NCBI GenBank assembly: GCA_964252035.1
Contig: OZ176204.1
DNA from: Podarcis erhardii
Taxonomy: Eukaryota
Direction: 5' to 3' (one strand)
Length of the DNA stretch: 64,000 bases
Both the position numbers and the translations under genes were made by a program. Under the pieces are notes generated by a model. It searched no databases, was not told the DNA's origin, and saw only the letters and a program-made list of their open reading frames with translations. Below, piece by piece: positions 35,851 to 49,139 of the stretch. Positions within the stretch are counted from its first letter, which is position 1. The number at the start of each line of letters is the position of its first letter.

Positions 35851-37697
35851 TCAAATTTGAAAGATTGAAATAAAATCTCAGACTCAAATGTATTATACAG
35901 AAATCAAATACCATAGGACATAAAATAAAAATATCAGATATTTGATAAGCATTACAATATTCAGAGAACATGCGAGTATAGAGCTGTATACAAATTCTAA
36001 TAGCAATAATAATTTGCAGACCCAAATTCTGAGGAGTGTTTTTTGAAACTTTATTGTTTGTTTGTTTGTTTGTTTCTAGACAACACTTTTTTTAAAAAAA
36101 AATACAATTTCAGCTCTCTTTTTTAAAAAAAGTCCATGTCAGCAAAGACCATGAAGTCTTGGTTTTGTCGGTCTGATGTATTTTCTAACCCGAACTCATA
36201 AAGGAGCCTGGTTAGCCTTGGTTTCCCCTATAATTTCATAAGAGAATTTTTTGGTTTTCTGCATTCAATTTTTCCACAGTAAAGTTTTAAGATGACTTCT
36301 GGGTGTGGGTGGGTGTCCTTAGTTGATGGTTAATACATTATCTTATTTGTCTAAATTTAGACAACCTTTCTTTCCTGTTTCTTCACTATACTTCAATCCC
36401 CCAAACTTGGGAAACACAAGCTCTGCTAAGTCTTTTTTTTTTACAGGACAATAAAGTATTTTTCATCTCATGCAGCCCATCCATCCATCCCATAAGGGGA
36501 GGGGGGAGAGAGAGAGAGAAAGAAAGAGAGAGAAACTGGTACCTTTGAATATTATCTCTTTCCATGCTATCAAAATTCTCTTCCTCTCATCTCCTCTAGT
36601 GCTTTGTGAAATTTCTTCCACTTTGGGACAAGTTGGAATAGTCATTCACATTGGGATGGTTATTTTCCTTTCTTACATGCTCTAATAAGCAGCGATGTCA
36701 GTTAACAATGTTGACATTTAAAATATCATAGGCATCTGGATTAGAGTCTATTGAAATGAATGGGGCACTTGACACCTTAAAGCTATTGTTACAGACTCCC
36801 TGCATTCTCAGACAGATGGTCCTTTTTATTGGTTACACTGATTCCTTGGTTTAAAAGGCCTCATTCCACAGCCATAACAGCAAGAGGTTTATTATATTTT
36901 AAAATGTAACCTGATACTTTAGAGAACAAGTCAGAGGCCTTTCTGCAGCCTTACGGCTGCTGGGTCTTCATGCTCCTTAAAAACTATGGATCCTGTCTTG
37001 GTCTTAAATCAGTCATTTGTAATGTATCTGAACAGTTCAAATGCTTGCTTTTACAGAACAAAAAAATGTCCAGCTGAAGTGCCCATAAGATTATTTCATG
37101 AGGGGGAAAAACACATCTCATATTCCAATATCCCCATCCTGATAATATGAAAAGCGAAATCTATTTTTACCCACAAAACCAAGTTAGGTCAAAATAAGGC
37201 ATTGGAAGCAGGTTCCTGAAACAGCTGTAAAGACATATACATATGCTGTGAGGAAATTTCATACACAAGAGAGTCCAATAGTCCAACCAAAATGTTATTT
37301 GTTTTTCTTTGCTTTGCTTAAAGTATTTAGAGAGAACTTTGTAGAAGTGTGTACATTTCAGGAGCATCTGTAAGCACTAACATCCTGTCCAGAGGGGCAA
37401 TAGAAAAACCTATTATACTATCTATCTAAAAAATGTTTTAGTTCCCTTCACTAAAGGTTGTAATTAATAGGAGGTTTGGGGTGCAGGTTGTTGAAAACAT
37501 CCCGAGGCAAAAATTAACCAGGTCTTGTTCCATACTGGAAACTTCAGCTAGTTCTTTGTTTAACCAAAAAGAAAGCAAGAAAGCATCAAATAAAAGATTT
37601 TTCTTTTGCTAGAGCAATTCTCTCCCCCACTCTCCTGTGTTTCTTCTAGGAAGTAAATTTGCTCAGAAGTAAGCCTCGCTGAGTTTAATGGGACTTA

Positions 37698-37933
37698 AAA
37701 GGTAAAGGTACCCCTGCCCGTACGGGCCAGTTTTGATAGACTCTAGGGTTGTGCGCCCATCTCACTTAAGAGGCTGGGAGCCAGCACTGTCTGCAGACAC
37801 TTCCGGGTCACGTGGCCAACGTGACAAGCCAGCACCAGCGCAGCACACGGAAACGCCGTTTACCTTCCCGCTATAAAGCGGTACCTATTTATCTACTTGC
37901 ACTTAAGGGTGCTTTCGAACTGCTAGGTGGGCA
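37698..37933 (-). mobile_element. 5'-truncated Sauria-SINE-like element of a different subfamily
   Basis: Minus strand shares the CCTAGCAGTTCGAAAGCA...TAGATAAATAGGTACC...GGAAGGTAAACGGCG body and TACCTTTACCTT tail, with a divergent 3' half; flanks GGACTTA / GGACGTA. Confidence 0.75.
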
Positions 37934-40455
37934 GGACGTACGCCCAAGCAAATGAGAATAAGACTGCTGCCTAAATTTATTTGTATTGGCCATTGGGAAT
38001 AACAAAACAGAAGTAAAGTTCAGAGACATAAAGCCATTTTTGTACAACAGAACTGCCATCTGTGGTACATGACGGTCATATATTAAATAAGAGTGAAGAA
38101 AGGCATAATATAACAGGAGAAGATGCAAGAGTTTTCTTCCCTTACAATATGGGCTTCTCCCGTTTCACAGTCTGCATGATATACTTGCATACCAGCAAAT
38201 CAGATGCTAGATCAGCCAGTCTTGCTCCTCTCCACATGCATGCCTTTTTTATTTTTCAAAGAGCCATATGTATATTTATCCATTTATATATTCATCTGTC
38301 CCCTTTTAAACAAACATAAATATTTAAAAACAGCTTCAAAACTGCTTCAGGGATTTTTGGGGGGTGTGAGGAGTAAGTGGACAGTTGATCCTCATTCAAA
38401 TGCCGCCATATTGATAAACCTATACAAACAGCAGCTCATCTTGCGTCAGAAGACAGTAACCAGTCTGCAAATGAAGGAAACCTCCACCGTTCCCATAGTG
38501 ATCCGTTTGTACAGACCCAAATGTAACTTAAAATCTTATTAACTAAAATAATAATTATTGATCACCTCAGGCCTATAGTAGTACTTGAACTGACTTTTGG
38601 CAGCAGGGCCTCTAACTGTCTCTAAGAAAACCTTTGCAATTTGTGAATTTCATTGTGAGTTTTCCACCAAGCGAGAGTTTGAGAATCAATTATTTGCCTT
38701 GGCATTTTTTCCTTCTTTGATAAATAACAAGAGGGTTTCTACTTATATTTCTGTCCTCGGGGCTTTATCATTAAGATTAAATAACTGTACTCTCAAGCAT
38801 GCCACTGAACAAACATCTTTTCAATTATGTGAGTAATGGATGCTTTAACAAAAGAACTATTGAAAAGTCTGAAAGCATGTTTCTCTCCCCCCCCCTTCCC
38901 CTCTAAACTAAAAATATTAAAATTAAAGTATCTAGTGACAGAAGAATGCCATTGTTTGCTCCTTAAAGCAGATTCTTAATTCTCTAGTCAAAATGTCTTA
39001 CGTGTGTTTGCAATACTTGTTCACAACTTGTTTTGTAGTTTTGAAAACTACCTGAAAGCCATTATCAAGAGATGCACAAAGTGTGTTGTTTTAAAATGGA
39101 GGAGCCTTCTGGTGGTTTGTGCTCCAATGTTCTCCCGCCGCTTGTGTTTGAAGCCACTTCAGCCACAATGTATAGGTATCCTGTAGCTTATTGAAGAAAT
39201 ACTTTCCCCCTCAAACCAGCTTCCAAAAACTTAAAGCACAGTTGAACAGAGGTGTGTACTTTGAGAAAGTCACTGCACATGTGCAGATGACAGCTTCGTG
39301 GAATACAAGGGTGCCTGCTCCTGGGGGCCGAGGCACTGCGGCTCCCTGATCTCTTTTTTGAAGGGGCCAGGCCCCTTCAAAATGTCCAGAGGGCCCTCCT
39401 CAATCCTCTGCAGAAGGTGGCACCTCTGGTGGAATAGGAATTGCGGGGTTGCGGGCATGAGGAGACACATCAGGTAATGTCCTTCGGATGAAAACATCCC
39501 CACCCACCCACAGGTTTGTACAGCAAGATAAAAATGTGCTGAAACACTACAGGGGTGAAACAACCTCACTGCTTTTTAAGCCTCTAATGTTTACATAGCT
39601 TAAGTCTCAAGAATAAGCTTTCCTCGTTAGCTTCTTTGTCTGAATATTGTGGGAAAATTGAAAATAGCCTTCGGATCAGAACTGGATGCAGGCAGGATCT
39701 ATGGAAGCCCAAGGACAGTGTTAGGTGAGGTTTTAGTGACTTTCCTTTCCATATATGCCGCCTTCCCATTTTTTGGTCGTATGTGAGGTACTTGGCAACC
39801 TTCCCTACTGGGTTTCAGTACAAGTCCCCGATTAAAGGAATAAAGAGAGCTTTCTGCAAGGAATGAGGTAGCATTGTTTGCGAACAAAGCAAAGCTGTGG
39901 TTGGTTTTGCCAGTAATGTACGTGTTTGATTTGAGCTACAGATCAGTACAAGTTCTCCTTGTGAATGAAGAAACTTATTTATATACGCACACAATCAGGG
40001 AATTTAAAACAAATAGCACACCTTCAGAATGTTAAGTTAGGTTGTGCTTTGGGAGCCATATTGAAGTTCTGAGCAGGAAAATTTTGCAAATACAGTCTTC
40101 AGTATATGGTATTCAACCTCTTCTCTGCTGCAGCCACAGCAGGAAAGGTCGCAGCTGGGGGGCGGGGGGGGGGGGCTGGCTTCAGTTTGCTAACTTAAGC
40201 AGCCACAATGCAAACATGTTACGTATGAAAGTCCTAGTCATGCATACCTTCGATAAACACCCTTTATGTGTGGTCGGATGGCAGGATCAGGCATGGTGTG
40301 TTCACACACTGGGCCTCTTATCTGTAGTCCGACAAAAGGAAGGCTAATAGCAGATGAGCCAAACTTGAAAAATAATGATTGATCTTCATGCATCAAATTA
40401 CACATGTATGGATGCCTCATAGGCTTCATCTGCACTATACATGTAAAGCAGTGTT

Positions 40456-40795
40456 AGGTAAAAGTAAAGGGACCCCTGGCCATTAGGTCCAGTCTCGAAC
40501 GACTCTAGGGTTGCAGCGCTCATCTTGCTTTACTGGCCAAGAGAGCCGGTGTACAGCTTCCAGGCATGTGGCCAGTAGGACCAAGCTGCTTCTGGCGAAC
40601 CAGCGCAGCACACGGAAACATCATTTACCTTCCTGCTGGAGCGGTACCTATTGAGCTACTTGCACTTTGACGTGCTTTCGAACTGCTAGGTGGGCAGGAG
40701 CAGGGACCGAGCAACGGGAGCTCACCCCATCGCAGGGATTCAAACCGCCAACCTTCTGATCGGCAAGCCCTAGGCTCTGTGGTTTAGACCACAGC
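40456..40795 (-). mobile_element. Sauria SINE, near full length
   Basis: Reverse complement of the 34797 family from GCTGTGGTCTAAACCACAG through the CCCTTTAC tail. Confidence 0.88.
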
Positions 40796-40803
40796 TATCC
40801 CAC

Positions 40804-41018
40804 TTTAAATAGTCATGACTTCCCCCAAAGAATTCTGGGAACTGTAGTCCCCACAGAGCTACAGTTCCCAGTGTTTTTTTACACTCAGTCCCCTTTCCCA
40901 GGGAACTATGGGAATTGTAGCACTGTGAGGTGCATAGGTGGCCTAACAACCCTCAGCACCCTTAACAAACCACAGTACCCAGGAGTCTTTAGGGGAAGTG
41001 GCATGATACTGCTTTATA
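40804..41018. mobile_element. Degenerate fold-back MITE-like element
   Basis: Imperfect terminal inverted homology (GTCATGACTTCCCCCAAAGAATTCTGGGA vs CCCAGGAGTCTTTAGGGGAAGTGGCATGA) and an internal GGGAACTGTAG / CTACAGTTCCC hairpin. Confidence 0.45.
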
Positions 41019-43137
41019 CATATAGTGCAGATGGAGGCATACTTTCTGTGCGAAAGTTCTGTGCGAAAGTTAAGTGCATCAATAAATATTCCCATCAAAA
41101 TCAAGGGGAGTGAAAAATGCTTAGCTTTGATTGGCACCCCCCTGTGTTAGAAGCATATTAGGAGAGATATCATGTGCCATCTGTTAGCATGTCCTACTGA
41201 ACATGAGTAATTCAGTATCCACGTTAGTGTGTACCCCCATCAACCTGCTCCTGATGTTATGGCTTGCAGTTGCAAGGTGTGCTACCCTGATTCAAGCTGC
41301 AAGCTATAAATAGCAGGTTTACGAATGCATTCTACTACTTTCCTGATTCAGTATGGAATGGCACTTCCCTTGAGCTCATGCAGTACTGTGAAGATAGAAT
41401 GTCTTTAAAATAGTGGTATACTTTCAGGTCAGTAGCTGGAACTAATATGAAGCGCTAAAGAAAGGCCAACATCTATCGCTTCAAACCTCCTTTACGAAAA
41501 CTGTCCTAGACAGAACATACACACATATGGAGGTGCCAGTATTATTGATCTGTTCTTAATCATCACCGTTCTTCTTGATCATCTTAGAGTCCCCATCACT
41601 GTAGTGATCTTCACTAACTTGTTTTTATCGTAGAAAGACTCATGAAAGGGCAATGGTTACCAGGCAGGTTTCGTTTTCCTGCTTGTACTGCTGTTTTATA
41701 GAATCATGCAACTTCACCTCTGAAAAGGAATTGCCCGCCCCCACTATTTCGCTCTGCACAGCTTGTTTGTGAAAATGGCCTCTTCAAAGTGCTTCAGAGG
41801 AAGCTAATGATGAATCAGTGTACCCATATTAGTACCATTGTCTTTTTAACTCTTGTTCCCCCCCTCAAAAAAAAACAACAAAAAAAAAACAACCTCTGGA
41901 ATATCTGGCGAGTTCCATATAGACTGTTGGAAACCTTTGTTTCTTTGTTGCGTTGTATTTTTTAGAGACTGAAGATATTTTTTTTCTAATTCAGTAACCC
42001 TATGAAGTAGATTGTTGCTGACCTGGTTCTGCAAGCAAGTAACTTGAGACTGAGATTTAGATTGCTTCCACACACCACTCCAGACCATAACTGACAAACA
42101 GAAAGCATAGCAAGGAGTTTCTAAGTAAAGAGGTATTTCTGTTGTTGTGGGAGTTTAGTTACTTCGCTGTTATGACACAAAAGTGGATGTAACCCCTGTA
42201 GCTGTCATGCAAGCCCAATTGGATTAGTTGTGACTAGGATGGATCCTGCCCCACAGCTTGTGGGAGATAAGCTCATTTGTGTGGGCTTTAAGCTCATTTG
42301 TGTGGAAATTCCTCTAGAGACCTGACTGAGGAAATCTTGACCAAGGAAACCTAGCAAAGACAGGATTCACCTGGAATTCGAATATTGGTTTGAGAGATTT
42401 TGGGGGGCTACATTTCTTACATGGCTATCAATATTCCTTTAATGATAAGAGTGTGGTACATCTTGGCTATTCTTCAGCAAGGATTGGTACTCTATAATTT
42501 CTGCCATTTTCCTAGCATCCCCTTTTTTATCAATTCAAACTATTGTCACTGTAAGAAAAGGGTGTTGTGACAATTGAATCATTCCTGTGAAAGATGATTA
42601 TGTATTCCCTTAGATCTGAATCACTTAAGAATGCCATTCATTGTCAATGGAAAACAAACTGGGTCCTTGAGGCTAATTTTTTGTCTCTAATGTGTCCATT
42701 GGTCTAAGCATGGGCGCATGGGCCATTTGCACATTAACCGTGGAGAGGTATACCCACTGTTTGGATCACGTGCACCGAGAAGAGGTTTTCAGCAGCAATC
42801 ATAGGCAGCAAAAGAAGGAATCAGGGAAAACTGACTCGCAAAAGGAATAGTTTTACCCATGATCCTTGAGCCCAAGCTACCTGAGAGTGAACTTTGCTAA
42901 AGTAAATGGAGCTGCTTTAAGAGACACAGCTGGAGCTATAGGAAAAACAATGCCAATCATTTGATACACAGGTGGGAGCAATGGGCAAAGGTAAAAGGCT
43001 CTCCTCAAACCAACAGGGATGGCGGAGTTCACACAAAAGCTGGCTGCAGGCTTTTGGCCTCATGCCTTTGCTGAACCAGGGCCATGATAGCTCCCTGATT
43101 TTAGGATGAGCCCTAAGTCTTTCCTGCAATATCTCAG

Positions 43138-43265
43138 AATAGCGCAAACAGGTAGAGCGTGAGACTCTTAATCACAGAGCCCCACGTTGGGCGAAAGATT
43201 ACTACACTGCAGGGGGTTGGACTAGATGATCCTTGTAGCCCCTTCCAGCTCTATGATTCTATGAT
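43138..43265 (+). mobile_element. tRNA-derived SINE with CR1-type tail, internally deleted
   Basis: GGTAGAGCGTGAGACTCTTAATC head lacking the B-box segment; GGACTAGATGATCC...ATGATTCTATGAT tail. Confidence 0.7.
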
Positions 43266-45244
43266 AAGAACTTATGATCCCATCCAGTTCCAGTAATGGA
43301 AGAATGTAGGAACTATGCAGGAGAGGCAGGGATGGTTGCGGGGTTGGGGGGGGGATTACAGTGTCAGAGGTTGAAATGGGTGCTATTGCCTTGGCATAGG
43401 AAGTTGCCTTTCGCCACGTCAGAGTTGATCACTTGTCTGTTTTGCTCAGTATTGGCTGCTGTGATTGACACCAGTTCTTCCTGTGTGTTTCCTATATTTT
43501 TACCTTACTCAGAGAAGCAAGGGGTGAGGCCAGAGTCAAGCGAGAAGAACGCCACTCCCATAGCATAAGAATGAGGTCACAATGAAGAGTTAAATATGGA
43601 GCTGGCAGCCTTGACTACAGATTTCCTTTCCTTTCATGCTCCCCCCTCAAGAGTTATTCTTCTAACCCCTTTTATTTTTATTACTATAAATAGATGCAGT
43701 CCACTACTTCCTGCGCAATAGAGTTGGACTTAAAAGAGTAGTTGCTTGGCACAAGAATTAATCAGTATATGAAACATTAGTACTTATCACTTTAATATAT
43801 ATTTTTAAAAACACACACACACGCATAAGATTTTGAGTTGCAATTTTCCCATGGCGCAGGAGAAGAATGTTGGCTAATGAAGGATAAGAGTTGTGTGGTT
43901 AATGCCTTTTATGAAATACTAATGATGAAGACATGTTTGACATGCTGTAAAATACATTTTTCTAATGTGAAGTTTCTGCCTTTTGTTGGAGATGAGACAA
44001 AATCCCCAGAGGATTTTAGAATTTGTAAATATAAAATTATCTGCCTCCATGGTTCTCCCCCCCCCCTTTTTTTTAAAGGCTGGCAGAAAGCCAGATTACT
44101 TACATTACTGTAATAGATTTGATGACCTCTGACTTCTGCTGTGGAGAAGTACATTGAATTTTTCATTACATCAGAGAATGCTGAAAGCAAAAAACTCAGA
44201 ATACTAGGCACTAGTATTTAATTCAACATTTAGCCAAGCAAAATCTTTCTCCTCCCCCCCACCCCCGCTAAAAGGGGGGGGGAGTACCCACAATTAAATG
44301 TAATGTATCTCTGATTGTGTCGGGATTAATAAAACACTGATTTGTTCATCCAGCTCGTATTGATTTTTAAGTTGCCTTTATTTATTTTTTTAAAAAGGAT
44401 AATCTTGCTTTTCATAGTCATTGAATTTAATCATAAGCTCAGTTGATGGCAAAGACTTCCCTACTGTTTCTGCTCTGGGCTGGAAAATGTTATTCTTGTA
44501 TTATTCCAGTGGAAAAAATAGCCCCGTGCTGTTCAGAAATCTGCTGCCTGCAGAAGGATTGTTCTTTAATACGCTACTGCTTACACATTCTCGTTATGTT
44601 AATTATCCTATAAATAATGCATTTTATTAATCTGAATGTAGACATTGCGTTCATAATAAAGGCATGTTCCACCCCCGCCCTGCAAACCCAAACGCTGGGT
44701 TACGTGGAAGTAAATGCCCTCCTCTTACTGTGTACTCCCCTCCACTGCGTTTCCTCTATAGTCTTCCTCTTGTCAAAATTTAGACTGTAATCTCCTTGAG
44801 GGCAGAAATCTGCCTTTCTTTTCTTTTTGCTTATGAAATTCCGCAAAGCAGAATGCATATTGATGATATTCTTATGCGTAACAACAACAACAGCGATGGT
44901 TAAACCCACATCCCCATTCTTAGGCTTTCCGGCAAGATTGCTTCTTACGAATACAGGAACTCTTCTCCCAACATCTGACACTGAAAACTCTTTCAAAGTC
45001 TTTTTTTTGTGTGTGTGTGTGTACATGAGGGTTTATACGGATTGTGGTTCGTTTTTCTGTTAATATTTGCGAAACACCTTCTTTTATCTTGCACCGAGGT
45101 TGATTTAAATCGCCTAAGCGACAGCTATTTAGCACAAAATTGAGCTGCTCATTTCAAGCGTGTTGCATTCTGTGGGGGAAGTTTTAAAGCAGAGAATCAT
45201 ATTCTGCCTGATTTGGAGAATATTGACCTGCAGTTGACTAAATA

Positions 45245-45246
<2 letters not shown>

Positions 45247-45290
<44 letters not shown>
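45247..45290. repeat. (GT)22 microsatellite
   Basis: Directly visible. Confidence 0.95.
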
Positions 45291-45292
<2 letters not shown>

Positions 45293-47609
45293 TGTTCTAA
45301 TAGTATGTTAGCTGAAGGTTTGAATGTTCCACCAGCTTTATTTCCCTTGTACTATAACAGCTTCTAATAATCAAATGATAAGATCACATCCTGCGGGTAA
45401 TTGTGTTGTACCGTGACAGGGCAACTGAAGGCAGGGAAGGGTGGGGGGACCACAGAGTGAAAATTCTAGCAAATGGAAACCTCTCTGTCAACTTGCAATT
45501 GTTCATAGCGTTAGGCTTCATTTTAATCCTCCTAAGCTCTATGCTTTTTTTTTTAACTTTGCTTAAAAAAACCCAAAACCAACAACCCCACCTCGTTACT
45601 GTAGAGAAATAGCATTGCGTTAGAATTTTCTGTTCAGGGTTGGGGAGCTGATGCAAGTAGAACAAGCCGTCCTTGTGTTTTGATTCAATTTTTACCTTAG
45701 TCATGCCTCTCTCCAGATACAAGAAACATTTAATTCCAAATTTCCTGCTGTTGGCGCTAGGCATTTGACCAGCTATGTGAAATGTATTTTTGCCACTGTA
45801 GCCTCTGCCAACTGCTGAGCTCAGTGAAAAAAACAAAATCACAAAAATGGAAACAGCAGGCCCATCCTCCTGTAACGTTGAACTCTCATCAGCCATGACT
45901 CCTAATTATCCTCTGACCTAATGAGTTCCAGGGATTTATATGGCAACAAAGAGGCAGGATGCTGTTGTCTTTTTGGTGGTCAAATTTAAAACTGACACAA
46001 AAGGGTTTCTCAGAAAGAGTGCTAACAGTGATTAATCTTATCAGGGCTGGCCTTTGTCCTGTTTCTGCTTTAACTGCCAGGATAATCACACAGAATATTT
46101 TATTTAAAAGGCCTAGTGGTGGCGGAGTATCATCCTCTAATTTTAAAGCTATGAGCAGCTTTTGAAACATTTACCGACGAAATATGTAGATTTCAAATGG
46201 GCTGCCTGTTCCCATGGCAACCAAACAAAGTCAAACAATCCTTTCTGCAGTGTTAACAACTATTGCCACCAAAAAAAAAAAAAAGTATTTTGGTTAAATC
46301 TGATTCTTTAAATATTTAACACATGGCAGAAAAAGATATAAATATTGCTCTGGATGAAACCCAACCTCGCCTTCTCTTGCTTAAAGTCCCAGGCACGGGA
46401 AAAGATGTTCAAAGGTGCCTTGAATATTTTGTGCTTGTTACAAATGAAATTTAGCAGCCTCAAGTATGAACAAGATTGTATTTCTTTCTCTCCCCCCCCC
46501 TTTTTTATTCTGCCTTGTTATGCTTCTTTTTTTATTACATAAACATTAACCGTAATGTTACAGTGGGAAGCAAGTATTTGGCAAAGTCCGTATTATTTTG
46601 CTAAGCCTGCATAGAGAGAGCTGTTTTCAGTTTTAGCAGCTGTAACATGTTTAAACTCAGTTTGTAATGGGATCTGAGGACCTGCATTCCCCTTGGGCAT
46701 TGCTTTAGCTTCATTACTGGCCAGCTGCCAAATTCAGGGCTCAAAAGTATTATTCACGCCTCTCTGCACATACCCATGTCAGAGCATGCTCAGTTCATGA
46801 ATTTTGTTTCTAATATGGCATAAATGAGGTTTACTTTTTAACATAATTTATGTTGTATTTTTATTAAAATGTGAAATACTATCATCACAAGCAAGCTAAT
46901 CCCGGCTCTCTTGAAGCCAAACTGTGTTTGAACATCTAAATTAAAACTGGATGGCTTGGAGCTGATTCTGGAATAACAAAAAAAATCTGTGCCTGAACAA
47001 AAAGAGTTTTCTATCTTGAACTCTTAGATTAAGCTATAATTAAAGAAGTCTGATATTTGAACAGATTAATGCTGTTTAAAAAGCAACGTCCATTTTCTTC
47101 AACAGATACCTATTGTGTGTGGGGTTTTTTTTAAAAAAAATGTTTGCCATACTAAAGTTCATATTTTTAAAAGTCGGGGTCTTGCATTATTCCTGCTATG
47201 AATCATTCATTAATCATGTTTAATGTATTATAAGAACTTTAATCACTGGAGCTGAAACTCAGATTGTAAGCCAATCCATTCTTTTTAATAACACTGCTTA
47301 TTTACCCTCATTTCAAGAGGCACTCTGTGGAGGGAGGGTGGGAATCAGATTGAAGCATCTCTGTCTCCTCCCCCAAGCAATTTTTCCATGGTTTGAAAGA
47401 CAAAACTCTGTAATTAAAATTCTCTAATTGTCTCTTAAAATCGTTTTTGTTCCTGCCCACTGTGCCAACTACCACCTGGTAGACACTGCTTGCCCTTTTC
47501 CCCCTTTCCCTAGAGAATGAGGAATCTTCTGGCTCACAAAATGGGCCCTTATGACATTCCCCTAGATTCCTAAAAAAGAAGAGGAGGAAATCTATGCTAG
47601 TACAAGGTT

Positions 47610-47715
47610 TCTATACCAGTTGGACTACAGTTCTCATCGGCCACAGTCATGCCCAGGGGCCAGGCATGATAGGAACTGTAGTCCAACAACATCTGGAGGG
47701 CAAAACATGCTGGAG
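47610..47715. mobile_element. Degenerate relative of the 25855 hAT MITE
   Basis: Inverted core TTGGACTACAGTTC...GAACTGTAGTCCAA and ACATCTGGAGGGC; termini not resolvable. Confidence 0.45.
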
Positions 47716-48940
47716 AAGACTGCTCCATCTTCTGATGGAACCATATCTTGCCCACAGGATACAAGATGATACAGCCCAGAATATGCTGATGTTTGGTGGT
47801 GGAGTTGGCCACATCCCTCCTCCCCAGCTTCTTGGATTATATGTGCAACCCTGCTGGGCTGAGTTTTGTCTTCACCCCTTCCCATTGCACTCTGCTCCTC
47901 TAGCTTCTGACTTACGCAGGTAGCTCTGAGAATCCAAATAGTTATGGGAAAGCCCTCTGGGGATTGCAGAGAAGAGAAGGCAAGAGGCATCTAGAGACAA
48001 TGGTTGGAAGGGAGCTAGCATGTCTAGTCTGCGCTGTTTTGGAGGCAGATTTAAGGACTTCAGACCCAAGACCTGAGCTGACCCATGTGAGGTTCCTTAA
48101 GACCTGTTCACACCGCAATCCACCCTGAGGTTCCAGTTGGGATTATTTGCTATTTTCTGTACTTCAGTACTTCCAGGGTATATATGGCACTGCTGTCGGG
48201 AATTTCTGTAACTCAAGTCGGTTGCTGTTTAAACAGGCCAAAGAACTAAATACAAAGTATTTCCATTAAAATCAATTTAAAGTAGTGGGGGAGATATGCA
48301 GCTCATCTCCAGCGACTCCATTTGGCTTCATAATCTCATTTATCTCAATGGATTTTTTAAAAAAATGTTCTGCTTGTTGTCACTTGTTGGACCTGATCCA
48401 GCTAAAGTTACTTATGACTAACACTGCAATCCTATAGATGTGTACTCAGAAGTAACTTTAATGAGACCGACATCCAGGAAAGTGTGAATTGGAGTGCAGA
48501 CTAAATTGAACTTATGTGACTTAATTTAGTATCAGCTAACCTGTAAGTTTCAATAGGACCTGGTCACAAATAAATTGAAGTGAATCAGAACCATTCCATT
48601 TTTTAGATTTACACATAAAGACACATTGTATACCTAAACATGTAAAGTGTGACTATTACAGATGTTTGGGAAAGTGTGTATCATCTGAGAGGTTGGCAAA
48701 CGCAGCTTTGTGGTTGCAAAATGTGTGAAAGACAGAGGAAATAATTTGATTCAGCAGCAGTTTGAGAAGAAGAAACAGCTTCCAAATCCAACTGCACATC
48801 TTTGACTTCTAGTTTTGAGTGGTTTTTTCTTTTTTTCAAAAAACAGTTTTTAACAATGAACTTCTTACAGCCATTCCTTTTATTTTATTTTGGTCTTTTG
48901 GGTGAGAACTTCTAGAACTGATCAATTATTCGTTCTTTAG

Positions 48941-49139
48941 ATTAATCCTGCCGTATGAGAGATTTATTAAAGGAGAAGAAGATAAGCCACTGCCTCCTGT
49001 GAAACCTCGAAAACAAGATAATGTCGCCCAGGAGGGGGAAAGTAAGATAAAATTGTCTGGAACAAAACGCATCAGAAATGAACACCAAAAGAGCAAGAAA
49101 GAAAAAGACAATGCACAGAAATCCCAGGATGCACCCGAG
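48941..49139 (+). CDS. ARID5B: ARID5B exon (human exon 9 equivalent), 199 nt: LILPYERFIKGEEDKPLPPVKPRKQ...SQDAPE
   Basis: ttctttag| acceptor, GAG|GTTAGT donor; end of ARID domain; phase 2 to phase 0; absent from the ORF track. Confidence 0.95.

Noticed and set aside
45384-45896. 170-aa minus-strand ORF in intron 8
   Set aside because: Crosses homopolymer tracts and resembles no protein I recognise.
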